From an uncultured Christensenellaceae bacterium (GTDB lineage Bacteria > Bacillota > Clostridia > Christensenellales > UBA3700): a DNA stretch of 64,000 bases. The position numbers and the translations under genes were made by a program. The stretch spans positions 105,154 through 169,153 of the forward strand of contig CALWHF010000002.1 of assembly GCA_944380305.1 (NCBI GenBank), read 5' to 3'. The notes beneath the pieces were generated by a model. That model was given only the letters and a program-made list of their open reading frames with translations. It ran no database searches and had not been told where the DNA came from. Position 1 is the first letter of the stretch. The number at the start of each line of letters is the position of its first letter. Of this stretch, positions 32,976 through 41,874 are shown piece after piece.

Positions 32976-33155
32976 CTACTTGATGTCGGAGATGTAGTCC
33001 ATAAGACTCTGAACGTCCACGAGCAGTTTCGTGCCTGCGTTAAGGCATTTTATCTTGCCGTTTTTACACCACATACGGATGGTATGAACGGTAACTGCCG
33101 TTTCGGGATCTTCCTTGCGGATCATTTCTTGTGCTTTCTTGATACTTCTTAACAT
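32976..33155 (-). CDS. xis: Excisionase-like helix-turn-helix protein
   Basis: Own translation; 59 aa, below the track cutoff. MLRSIKKAQEMIRKEDPETAVTVHTIRMWCKNGKIKCLNAGTKLLVDVQSLMDYISDIK. RBS GTGAGGTAAAAGAAA precedes the ATG. The stop lies 10 nt before the int ATG. Confidence 0.65.
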   Translation of the reverse strand: MLRSIKKAQEMIRKEDPETAVTVHTIRMWCKNGKIKCLNAGTKLLVDVQSLMDYISDIK

Positions 33156-33377
33156 TTTCTTTTACCTCACTTTGTTTTTTTAGTAAACAGCATTTATTGT
33201 CAAAACCGATGACAAGTTCTGTGCTGTTTCCGATGCCGATTATACCCAAGTATCTTTCGTTTTGGGAGTACCCGGCAAAAGCCTGTCAAGCAACCTATGC
33301 GTACATAAACAGCAACTTTTCACAACTACGGAGGAACTGAATAACAACCAAACCGTCGGATGATTTTCATAGCCGTT

Positions 33378-33528
33378 TTCTCCTTGTATTATTTTGTCTT
33401 TCGACAGCAGGAGAAAATCGAAAAAATGCTCCGCAGTCAAGGACAAAGGAGAAAATATTGATTAAAAATAAATAATAAATATAGTATCAATATCAATAAT
33501 TTCTCCCCTTTACGGCGGAGAATTTTTT
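33378..33528. repeat. Imperfect long palindrome with four copies of a GGAGAAA(A/T) motif
   Basis: Outer arms AAAAAATGCTCCGC (33421-33434) and GCGGAGAATTTTTT (33515-33528). Inner arms GGAGAAAATATTGAT (33448-33462) and ATCAATAATTTCTCC (33492-33506). Further GGAGAAAA copies occur near 33378-33386 (inverted) and 33410-33418. Confidence 0.7.
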
Positions 33529-33575
33529 CGATAACCGCAGAAAAAAGAAAGACAAATAAAACTTTGATTAATCCA

Positions 33576-33604
33576 TTGACACGAACATATGTTCGTATTA
33601 TAAT
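33576..33604 (+). promoter_or_regulatory. Consensus sigma-A promoter with an embedded perfect LexA (Cheo/SOS) box
   Basis: TTGACA (33576-33581), a 17-nt spacer, then TATAAT (33599-33604). The spacer begins with CGAACATATGTTCG (33582-33595), which matches the Gram-positive LexA consensus CGAAC-N4-GTTCG. Confidence 0.65.
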
Positions 33605-33767
33605 TAAACTATGTTAAGAAAAAGCAATGTTTTTTTGACGAAAACTGCGATTTTTTTATTCCGTAAACGGACTCGTAAGATTTCTGTGGTACAGGACTCT
33701 CTCCCCTTGCCGATACAGTACTTAAATACGCCGAGATCCGTTTCATTGAGAGAAAGGAGGTGTGTTT

Positions 33768-33941
33768 ATGGGACTGAACATAAACCCCGTACAGCTTTAC
33801 TGCCCCAACTGCGGTTGTAAGCTGACCGGATTCAGGCGGGACGACGGCGCGCTGAAAATTCAATGCACCAGGTGCAAAGCAAATATTTTCAGCAAGCAGA
33901 AGTCCAAAAGAGAAATCAACCTGAAAATATCTTCAAACTGA
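33768..33941 (+). CDS. Small zinc-ribbon protein
   Basis: Own translation, 57 aa: MGLNINPVQLYCPNCGCKLTGFRRDDGALKIQCTRCKANIFSKQKSKREINLKISSN, with two CxxC pairs. Strong RBS AAAGGAGGTG. Confidence 0.6.
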   Translation: MGLNINPVQLYCPNCGCKLTGFRRDDGALKIQCTRCKANIFSKQKSKREINLKISSN

Positions 33942-34124
33942 CAATTCAATATCTGCGTTTGCCTGCCCTTGTGCGGGTCGGTGCTGAAAAAGTGCATCAG
34001 GGTAAATCCCGCAAAGAAGCAAGCGTAAATGTTCGTAAAGCATAACCTGCCAAAGCGAGAATCACAACTCGGCGAACAGTAAAACCGTTAAAGGTTTACT
34101 GCTCGTCTTTTTTATACCTTGCAG

Positions 34125-34160
34125 CCCGATAACGGTTAAAACCGCTGTCGGGTTTTCTTT
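34125..34160 (+). terminator. Putative terminator/attenuator upstream of the sigma-like gene
   Basis: CCCGATAACGG-ttaaaa-CCGCTGTCGGG (one mismatch, one wobble) followed by TTTTCTTT. A weaker hairpin with a T-run precedes it at about 34077-34113. Confidence 0.45.
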
Positions 34161-34240
34161 CGTTTGCAACAAATACATTTCCCGACGGCTTATCCGATAA
34201 GTCGCCCGCCCCCAATGGGCTCAAGGGGAAAGGAAAAGCA

Positions 34241-34666
34241 ATGGCAACGATAAAGTATCCGATCAACGGCAAAGACATCGACGTCGAAGTAACGCAGGAA
34301 TTCGCTCAAGCGTTTGAGCAACTTAAAGAGGAAGAAAAGAATAACGAAAGAAGAGAAACAAGACGTCATCTTTCTCTTGAAGCTCTGACAGAAGAAGGTT
34401 TTCAGGTCGAAGATCCGAAAGCAGATATTGAAGATCAATTATTTAAAAAACTTGAAAACGATATTCTTTTCACAGCAATACAAAGTTTGAACCCCAATCA
34501 AAGATGGTTGATCGAACAAGTGTTTTTTCACAACCGTTCTCAGCAGGATATTGCAGAAGAGCTTGGCGTCAACAGACAGATTATTCATAACAAAATCAGC
34601 AGGATTTTGAAAAAGTTGAAAATTTTTTTGCAAAAAAACGTTTACATTTGCGTTTTTCGTGGCTAA
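34241..34666 (+). CDS. Sigma-70 region-4-like helix-turn-helix regulator
   Basis: 141 aa. LNPNQRWLIEQVFFHNRSQQDIAEELGVNRQIIHNKISRILKKL. Confidence 0.7.
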   Translation: MATIKYPINGKDIDVEVTQEFAQAFEQLKEEEKNNERRETRRHLSLEALTEEGFQVEDPKADIEDQLFKKLENDILFTAIQSLNPNQRWLIEQVFFHNRSQQDIAEELGVNRQIIHNKISRILKKLKIFLQKNVYICVFRG

Positions 34667-34684
34667 TAAGTGAGGGGGTTAAAC

Positions 34685-35008
34685 ATGGCAGACAAAAAGA
34701 TAACATCAGAAGCTGTAAGAAACGACCTTAAAGACATCAGATATTATTACGCAAGAAAAGAAGTTTTCGAGTATGCGCTCAAGTTCAATATCGAAAACAA
34801 AGTCTTGAGAAAAATAAATATCTACAACAAAGCAATCAAAGAGGCTGACCCGATGCTGTTCGATTTCTACGTATCGGTATACGTCAAAGGCTATACCCTT
34901 GCGTCGTATTCGGAGATATGCAACTACTCTTACGAATACGTCAGAAGAGTTAACGGCAAAGTGATCGACTTCTTGAGAAATAAATTACAGGAGGCAAAAT
35001 ATGAATAA
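34685..35008 (+). CDS. Hypothetical protein
   Basis: ATG 34685 follows GAGGGGG. 107 aa; MADKKITSEAVRNDLKDIRYYY... Confidence 0.55.
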   Translation: MADKKITSEAVRNDLKDIRYYYARKEVFEYALKFNIENKVLRKINIYNKAIKEADPMLFDFYVSVYVKGYTLASYSEICNYSYEYVRRVNGKVIDFLRNKLQEAKYE

Positions 35009-35249
35009 CGCAAATCCCGATTTCATGCAAAGCGCAACCAATGTGTACAGGACGAAAAACTTTATCGTCAAACAGACTATCGGCATTCAGTATGGAGTTA
35101 AAAGCGACAATCTTATGTTCAGCGACGACACCTATTATGCGAGAACGCCTGAAAGAGACGCTCAGTATATGTCCTTGTTCGCAGGTAAGCACAACCCTAA
35201 CGGAAGACGCATCGCAACCGCGATGAATTCAAGAAAGTACATCGATTAA
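35001..35249 (+). CDS. Hypothetical protein
   Basis: 82 aa. RBS CAGGAGG. Overlaps the previous gene by 8 nt. Confidence 0.55.
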   Translation: MNNANPDFMQSATNVYRTKNFIVKQTIGIQYGVKSDNLMFSDDTYYARTPERDAQYMSLFAGKHNPNGRRIATAMNSRKYID

Positions 35250-35532
35250 CCGTATGGACTCAAAAAGGATGTACAGACCGAAGGCATACGAAGAGATAAA
35301 AAAGTTCGGTACTCTCCTTCAAAGTTCATACCCTTAATAAATCGCAGCCCGTCTGCGGATAAACACGGCTCTAAGGCTGATAAAGAGGCGTAAGCTGTGT
35401 CTTGCAAGATAAGAGCGGCCGCTCACACTAAGACACGCAAGAAAAAAACAAAGCCTGATAAAGTCGTGCCCACAACTTAATATGCGCTTTATTACAAACA
35501 CGGGCGCAAAAAAAATACAGGAGGTTAAACAA

Positions 35533-35757
35533 ATGGCAGGAAGTTTTATTCGCCGTTGGATGGTCCCTCACAAGAGGGCAAAACGTTACGCCGAAGAGCG
35601 TAAAGCAAAGGTACATCAGCGCGGACCTAAAGAAGGAAAAGAGCTGACGGACTACGAAGCCGGTATCCGTTCGGGATATCTGCAGTGTCAGACCGACCAC
35701 GCCGGCATTTACAAATACAAAAAGGCTAAGGAAGCCGAAAAATCAAATAAGAAATAA
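35533..35757 (+). CDS. Small basic hypothetical protein
   Basis: ATG 35533 follows CAGGAGG. MAGSFIRRWMVPHKRAKRYAEERKAK... Confidence 0.55.
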   Translation: MAGSFIRRWMVPHKRAKRYAEERKAKVHQRGPKEGKELTDYEAGIRSGYLQCQTDHAGIYKYKKAKEAEKSNKK

Positions 35758-35771
35758 CGGAGGAACACACA

Positions 35772-36116
35772 ATGAGCAATATCAAAGTAAAAGTCGAACG
35801 CGCGGCTTATGAAAGGAACGACAAATCCTATTTCGCGTATTTTATCAGAGGCAACATCAGAGGCAGAGACATAAGAGTGCTGATCGTACCGCCCGACAAC
35901 GGCGGATACAGAGTCCTCGACATCGTTTTCGACGAAGACATGGAAGCGGATTTTGTCGTCAGACCTTTTGAAATCAAAGACGAGGCGACAGGCAGGATCA
36001 TACGCGGCAACAGTTACGCCGTACAAAGTACGGACGAAGACGGCAAAGTTTACGAATGCGCCGTAAAGCCTTACCGCAAATCCGACAAAGCTCTGCTCGA
36101 CATGCTGCTCGGGTAA
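35772..36116 (+). CDS. Hypothetical beta-rich protein (ssDNA-binding candidate; speculative)
   Basis: 114 aa with RBS ACGGAGGA. The size and the position ahead of the membrane-protein genes fit a gene-V-like role. No motif proof. Confidence 0.55.
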   Translation: MSNIKVKVERAAYERNDKSYFAYFIRGNIRGRDIRVLIVPPDNGGYRVLDIVFDEDMEADFVVRPFEIKDEATGRIIRGNSYAVQSTDEDGKVYECAVKPYRKSDKALLDMLLG

Positions 36117-36189
36117 ACTGCGCAAAATCTGCATCGGGCGGCTTGCATATTAAAGGTGCTTGCCGCCTTTTTTCAAAGGAGGTATAAAC

Positions 36190-37314
36190 ATGAAAAACGA
36201 ACTTCAGAAACACAAGACGGCAGATACTGTGAAATGGATCGCGGTATTCATTGCCATTATAGTGCTGACGGCGGGAATGCTCGCCGCTCTCACCAACGGG
36301 TTCACCGACTTCAACCAGTACGGCTGGCTTGACGAAAGCGAAGAAAGCAAGCAGGAGCCCACAGACGTTACGGACGACGACGGGGATAAACTCGTCAGCG
36401 GCAAAGTATACGATATGCCGTCCGCGATGATATTCAGAAACGCCACTTCTCTTTCTATGTCCGCAAGCGGCGGCATAACGGTTACGGCAACCGTAAAGCC
36501 TGATTCTGCTGTAAATAAAAACGTAGATTGGACTGTTTCCTGGCAGAATCCCGAAAGCGAATTCGCCACGGGCAAAACCGCAACCGATTACGTTACGGCA
36601 CAGCCTTCTTCGGACGGAAGCACGACCGCAGTAATATCCTGTCTTGCACCTTTCGGAGAGCAGATAAAGGTTTCCGTAATATCCAGAGCTAATCCCGGTG
36701 CATATGCGGTGATGACTGTCGACTACGAAAAGAAAGTCAGCGGAGTTTCAGCTATTGCTACAAACGAAGACTACTCTTTCAGCGGTACTACGCTTAAGCT
36801 TGACGATTCCTCAGGCTGGAGCAACAGCGACAAGAACTATTCCGACTACTGGGATCTTACTTATACCTACTCCGAAGGCACTCTCGATCCTGCAAGCGTT
36901 ACAAAGGTCGAGTACTACGTCAAATCTTCGGACGAACTTTCTCAGGCAGTTAGTTCTGCAAAAACCGAGTACGTCCAAATGACCGACAACAGAAGCGATA
37001 TGCTTGAAAAGGCACTCGGTATTGCGTTGTTCACTGAAAAAGTCGACAAGACTAAAGACCCCGTATATCAGGTTGGCGAAGGCGGCATCAAAATACCTGT
37101 ATGGCCGAAGATTACGACGTTCAACTCCGCTACATGGAACAACGTGGTTAGCGCGCTTAACGGGCTTACGGGATATGCTTTCGATCTGAAAATCGTGACG
37201 ACTAACAGTAAGGGCGAAACCGAGGAAACCGTCTTGCAGATATCCGTAGACAAAAGCACTATCGGAGCGCAGGCAAACAGCATCGAGCTCGACAACGAAA
37301 GTCTGATATTCTGA
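36190..37314 (+). CDS. N-terminally anchored protein with Ig-like (Big_2-like) domain
   Basis: TM WIAVFIAIIVLTAGMLAALT. ITVTATVKPDSAVNKNVDWTVSWQNPES. RBS AAAGGAGG. Confidence 0.65.
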   Translation: MKNELQKHKTADTVKWIAVFIAIIVLTAGMLAALTNGFTDFNQYGWLDESEESKQEPTDVTDDDGDKLVSGKVYDMPSAMIFRNATSLSMSASGGITVTATVKPDSAVNKNVDWTVSWQNPESEFATGKTATDYVTAQPSSDGSTTAVISCLAPFGEQIKVSVISRANPGAYAVMTVDYEKKVSGVSAIATNEDYSFSGTTLKLDDSSGWSNSDKNYSDYWDLTYTYSEGTLDPASVTKVEYYVKSSDELSQAVSSAKTEYVQMTDNRSDMLEKALGIALFTEKVDKTKDPVYQVGEGGIKIPVWPKITTFNSATWNNVVSALNGLTGYAFDLKIVTTNSKGETEETVLQISVDKSTIGAQANSIELDNESLIF

Positions 37315-37324
37315 GAGGCTGCCT

Positions 37325-38230
37325 ATGAACGCAAAGAGAAATATGGCATCGACCGTTGGTAAAGTTATAACCTATATTCTCCTGATACTCGCTATTGCGG
37401 GTATCGTGGGGTTCTTTGCGTTCTTTACTAACGGTTTCACAGAGGAATTCAAATCCTTCTATATAGAGCAGGACGGCAAGCCCGTACTGAATACAAACAC
37501 GTCTACCAACATGGACTTCGGCAAGACTTACAGCTTTAACATAAAGTACGTTTTCGACGGTATGACAGACAGCGAAAGCAAAGGCTACTTTGTAAAAATA
37601 GTGCCCAATACAAACACGGATACAGATTTTTTGTTTACGGCAGGCGGAGAAGAAATCTCATTTTCCTCAATAAAGGAGCTGACATCTGCTTTTACGATCA
37701 ACAGACAGACCGACAGCTTCACCGTAACCATCCCTGACAAATTCTCAATGGCAGACGTTCTCGGAAAGATCTATAAGGACTGCGAAATTATTCTGCCCGA
37801 AGACTTCGACGAATCCGCGTATTGGTACAGGCTGGAGGTATCTTCCTACAACGGAGAAATTACGTACAATATCAGATTCCGACTGGGTGCTGACGTGCAG
37901 AGCGTTGAGCTGGACTATTCGCAGATCATCTTCCCGTCCGGCACGACAGTTGACGCTCCGAACGAAGAAGTCGTTTTAAGCGATGAAGCCGTACAGTTCA
38001 GACAGTATGTTGAAGGCGCTTGCAAAGCGGATTACAACGGAGCCGTTACTCTTCTCTCAAGAGCCGACGCCGAATATGAAAAACTGTCTGAGAAAGAAAA
38101 AGACTTGCTGTATGTGGCGAGCGCGTACAAGGCAAAAGAATACCTTGGAAACTGTCTGAAAAGCGGTCAGATAACCGCAGAAGCGCGTGAACAGGCACTT
38201 GCTTATCTTAGCGAATACAAGGAGGAATGA
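37325..38230 (+). CDS. N-terminally anchored hypothetical protein
   Basis: TM VITYILLILAIAGIVGFFAFF. 301 aa. Confidence 0.6.
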   Translation: MNAKRNMASTVGKVITYILLILAIAGIVGFFAFFTNGFTEEFKSFYIEQDGKPVLNTNTSTNMDFGKTYSFNIKYVFDGMTDSESKGYFVKIVPNTNTDTDFLFTAGGEEISFSSIKELTSAFTINRQTDSFTVTIPDKFSMADVLGKIYKDCEIILPEDFDESAYWYRLEVSSYNGEITYNIRFRLGADVQSVELDYSQIIFPSGTTVDAPNEEVVLSDEAVQFRQYVEGACKADYNGAVTLLSRADAEYEKLSEKEKDLLYVASAYKAKEYLGNCLKSGQITAEAREQALAYLSEYKEE

Positions 38231-38232
38231 CT

Positions 38233-39615
38233 ATGACCGTTATACATAAGAACTGTGCGATAGGCGTTATCTTAACGCTTGTTTGCCTTGTGCTGGCATT
38301 TCTCCTGCTTCCTTGTCCAGTATATGCCGAAAGCGTAAACGGCGGATACAGCAGCGTACTCGATGACCTGAAAAGCGACCCGAACTTTGACGAAAACCTT
38401 TATCCTGTCAACGAAACGGATTACAGTCTTCAAGTTGTACAGATAGCAGAAAGTAAAGACGGAGAACTTCTCGTCTACGTCTATCAGCCGAGTAACGGCA
38501 CAAAGGACTTTACGGCATCGTCCGTCAACATCTCTACCGCGATCAACGACAGCCTGTTCTATAAAAATTACAAGCTGGAACTTCAAAGCAGAGAGGGAGC
38601 GTTCTGCAAATACCTTGTCAAAGAGTTTGAGCTGAAGTCCGACGCAATGAGGTATTACGACATATCCGCGATATTCCGTCCGTATGACGAAACGACGGAT
38701 AAAGGCTTGCCTATCGACAACGAAAACGACTTGAACGAAGTATCCTTCAAAGTCGCAAAGCTGTTTACCGCAGTTACCGTTGACGGCAAAGTGTCTTACT
38801 CGTGCATCGAAACCAAAGTGATAGAGGTCACGGACAAGTACGTCGGTCATCTCAGATACTCCAACGGCTTCTCTCTGTGTCCGTCATCGTGTCTTGCGTA
38901 TTTTGTCGCGTTCGATACAAACTTGCCTATTGACAATCTGTACGAGGCAGACATCTACTTCGTAACGCAGGATTACAGGTATTACCACCGCACTCCGAAT
39001 TGGGCGCAGTTTGATCCCGGAGAGGACACTATGACGTACGAAGATGCGGTCGAGCGCGAATTAACGCTTACTTACGATACAGTTGTCGAACACGAAGGCG
39101 GCGGACTGTTTGCGAAAAAGTACACATGGAAACGCATTGAAAGCGTTGACGAGTTTATCAAAAACGAAAAGCTTACGGACGAAGGACTAAAAGACCTTGA
39201 AAATAAGAGTTGGGTTCTGCGCTTTTACGAAGCCGATTACTCATTTGTACAAGGCTCTAACTCCTTTACGGAACAGTCTACCAAAGTAAACGACGTTACC
39301 ATTCTTCGCCTGAAATTCGAGACGGACGGAGTCGTGTACAACCTCGGAGTCGTAGACAACAAACAGTCTCCGACTCAGGGACAGCAACCTGACAACGAAA
39401 ACACAAACGAGTGGGAGTTTCCGTCTTTCGGCGATAAGGATTGGGAAAAGATTCTCGGAACAATCCTTCTAATGATAGGCATTATCCTGATCGTCATTAT
39501 GCTCGCGCCCCTTCTTCCCGTTCTTATAAGACTCGTTGTATGGCTCATCGCTCTGCCTTTCAGACTTATAGGAGCAATGGTAAAATCGCTGAAAAACATA
39601 AGGAGGAACAAATGA
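38233..39615 (+). CDS. Secreted protein with C-terminal double-TM anchor (adsorption/structural candidate)
   Basis: Signal peptide ...LLLPCPVYAES. C-terminal ILGTILLMIGIILIVIMLAPLLPVLIRLVVWLIALPF. ATG 38233 is better spaced from AAGGAGGA than track ATG 38227. Confidence 0.62.
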   Translation: MTVIHKNCAIGVILTLVCLVLAFLLLPCPVYAESVNGGYSSVLDDLKSDPNFDENLYPVNETDYSLQVVQIAESKDGELLVYVYQPSNGTKDFTASSVNISTAINDSLFYKNYKLELQSREGAFCKYLVKEFELKSDAMRYYDISAIFRPYDETTDKGLPIDNENDLNEVSFKVAKLFTAVTVDGKVSYSCIETKVIEVTDKYVGHLRYSNGFSLCPSSCLAYFVAFDTNLPIDNLYEADIYFVTQDYRYYHRTPNWAQFDPGEDTMTYEDAVERELTLTYDTVVEHEGGGLFAKKYTWKRIESVDEFIKNEKLTDEGLKDLENKSWVLRFYEADYSFVQGSNSFTEQSTKVNDVTILRLKFETDGVVYNLGVVDNKQSPTQGQQPDNENTNEWEFPSFGDKDWEKILGTILLMIGIILIVIMLAPLLPVLIRLVVWLIALPFRLIGAMVKSLKNIRRNK

Positions 39616-39758
39616 AAACGGTAAAAAGAATTGTTGCGATTGTTCTTGTTATCGTTACGGCAGTAGCGGTCGGCTACCTCGTCTTTACGGGTAACCGACT
39701 GACTGTCGGTTCGGAACATACAACCGCTTATCTTTCAGAGAGGTGTTTATATGGATAA
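39612..39758 (+). CDS. Small single-pass membrane protein (48 aa)
   Basis: MKTVKRIVAIVLVIVTAVAVGYLVF... RBS AGGAGGAACAA. ATGA overlap with the upstream stop. Confidence 0.5.
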   Translation: MKTVKRIVAIVLVIVTAVAVGYLVFTGNRLTVGSEHTTAYLSERCLYG

Positions 39759-41859
39759 AAGAAGAATTTTTCATATATGCGCGACCGCAGCGCTGACCTT
39801 GGTTTTTGCGTTTGCAGGCTTGTATTTTTTCAAGTCATCGTATCTGAGACTTGCAGAAAGCTTTTGCGACGCTGCGGATTCGTTCAAGTACTTTTTTCAA
39901 AAGCTGACAAAACAAGACACAACCGCCGAACTGTCCGTCCTGAATTACTCAGAGCATCTGAAATGGAATATTATTCTTCCGTCAGACTTTAAGACGTTCG
40001 GGGAAAGATTTATAGAGTATTTTTCTCTGCTATCCAGCCATTCCAACATAGCTATGTACGGCAAAGAAGTAGCTGTTACAGCAGGCAAAATATCTAAAGT
40101 TACGGCAATCGTAGCACCCTGTCTTATGATCATTGTGCTGATACTCTCGCGTTTGTATATGCGCGGAAACACTAAGCACAACAAAGATACTTTGCCTCTT
40201 AAAGTGTTCAGAACGGTATCGGGATATACATATCAGCCGATCAAACGCACTGTCCTTTTATACAAAAGCTGGCTTGACGACAACAGTGCAATATATGTGC
40301 TTTGGGCTATCATATGGCTTGTAAATCTGAACATCGCTACGGTGTTAACGGAATTCTTTGCATACTACTTTTTCTTTATATCTTCGTTCGATCTTTCGAC
40401 GCTATATCCGCAGGTATGCAAACTGTTTATCGACTTGCAGGTGATATTCGAGGCTTTCCCGTGGTGGTCTCTCGTTCTTATCGCCTACGTCCTGTTTGAC
40501 AGATTCCGTAAAAGGATAGCGGACGATACCCTGCATCATTTCGAAGCGAGAAACTGCGGATTTATCAATACTCTGCCGATAGTCAGCATGACCTGCGGAA
40601 GTATGGGCAAAAAGAAAACGACTATGGTAACGGATATGGCTCTGTCACAAGAGGTGATGTTCCGCCAGAAAGCGCTCGAGATATTGCAAAACAACGATAT
40701 GAAATTTCCTCACTTTCCTTGGCTCGCATTCGAACTCGAACTGAAAAAATGTATGGAACACCATACCGTCTACAATCTGGCAACCGTCGCAAATTTCGTC
40801 CGCAAAAAGCAGGAACGTTACGAAAGGCATACCGATGCCGACCTTCAGCTGTTCGGTTACGATGTCAAAAGATACGGGATATTTTACAGCGACGCGCTCA
40901 AAACACAAACTCTTTTCGAGGTTATCGAAACGTATGCAAAAGCGTATTTCATCTACGTTATCGAAAGCAGCCTGATTGTGTCAAATTATTCTATCCGTGT
41001 AGATAATACGCTGTTTAACGAAGGCAACTTTCCGCTTTGGGATACAGAGTTTTTCGCTTACGGAAGACGTTGTTCGAGACATTCGCACATACTCGATTTC
41101 GATACCCTAAGGCTCGGCAGAAAGGTTATCGAAAACAATCCTTTGGCGGGCAGTTTCGAGTTCGGCGTAGTAGTCATTACAGAGGTTGGCAAAGAACGCG
41201 GAAACAACCTCGAATTAAAAGAGGTCAAAAAAGGCAACGACGAAACCAATCAGAAAAACGACCTCTTCAACTCGTGGCTTAAGATGTGCCGGCACAGTGC
41301 AACCGTGGACAGCTTCCCTTTCATAAAAGTCTTTACGGACGAACAGCGTCCCGAAAGCTGGGGAGCAGACGCAAGGGACCTTTGCGACATAATAACCATA
41401 CAAAGTACGGACGGGAACAAACTCGCCCTGCCTTTCTATACGCTCGAAGATATGGCAAGCGAAATACTGTTCAACAGTTTCCTTTCCTTCTACACAAAAC
41501 TGAGGTTTAAGCGCGGCGACAATACTCTGCTCTGTCATATTCTGAAAAGCGCAACCGCATGGCTGTGGCGCAGGAACATACGCATTTACAACCGCTACGG
41601 TTACAGCGTCCTGAAAGTAGCAAAAGAGCGCGGAACAATGGACGGCAAGCAAGAACGTCAGCGTTATTACCTTATGAATAAGAAGATATACAGCAGACGT
41701 TTTTCAACCGACTGTTTCTCCGACTACTTCAACGATATGGCAAAGAATTGCGACATAGGCTTGAGAGATTACCTCGAATACGTCAGCGAAAAAGCGACCG
41801 TTGATGAACTCAGAATGCAGAACAGCTACTTTGTCAGAAGTCTTTACAAAGACAGCTAA
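39751..41859 (+). CDS. Polytopic membrane protein with C-terminal P-loop NTPase domain
   Basis: About 5 N-terminal hydrophobic segments. Walker A MTCGSMGKKKTT. Walker-B-like FGVVVITEVGKERG. Confidence 0.68.
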   Translation: MDKRRIFHICATAALTLVFAFAGLYFFKSSYLRLAESFCDAADSFKYFFQKLTKQDTTAELSVLNYSEHLKWNIILPSDFKTFGERFIEYFSLLSSHSNIAMYGKEVAVTAGKISKVTAIVAPCLMIIVLILSRLYMRGNTKHNKDTLPLKVFRTVSGYTYQPIKRTVLLYKSWLDDNSAIYVLWAIIWLVNLNIATVLTEFFAYYFFFISSFDLSTLYPQVCKLFIDLQVIFEAFPWWSLVLIAYVLFDRFRKRIADDTLHHFEARNCGFINTLPIVSMTCGSMGKKKTTMVTDMALSQEVMFRQKALEILQNNDMKFPHFPWLAFELELKKCMEHHTVYNLATVANFVRKKQERYERHTDADLQLFGYDVKRYGIFYSDALKTQTLFEVIETYAKAYFIYVIESSLIVSNYSIRVDNTLFNEGNFPLWDTEFFAYGRRCSRHSHILDFDTLRLGRKVIENNPLAGSFEFGVVVITEVGKERGNNLELKEVKKGNDETNQKNDLFNSWLKMCRHSATVDSFPFIKVFTDEQRPESWGADARDLCDIITIQSTDGNKLALPFYTLEDMASEILFNSFLSFYTKLRFKRGDNTLLCHILKSATAWLWRRNIRIYNRYGYSVLKVAKERGTMDGKQERQRYYLMNKKIYSRRFSTDCFSDYFNDMAKNCDIGLRDYLEYVSEKATVDELRMQNSYFVRSLYKDS

Positions 41860-41874
41860 TACGGAGGTGATAAT

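Noticed and set aside
33240-33863. Small ORFs 33240-33446 (-), 33609-33863 (-) and 33611-33820 (+)
   Set aside because: They overlap the palindrome/iteron region and the LexA promoter, and they lack RBSs. The 57-aa zinc-ribbon ORF with a strong RBS is the more credible gene here.
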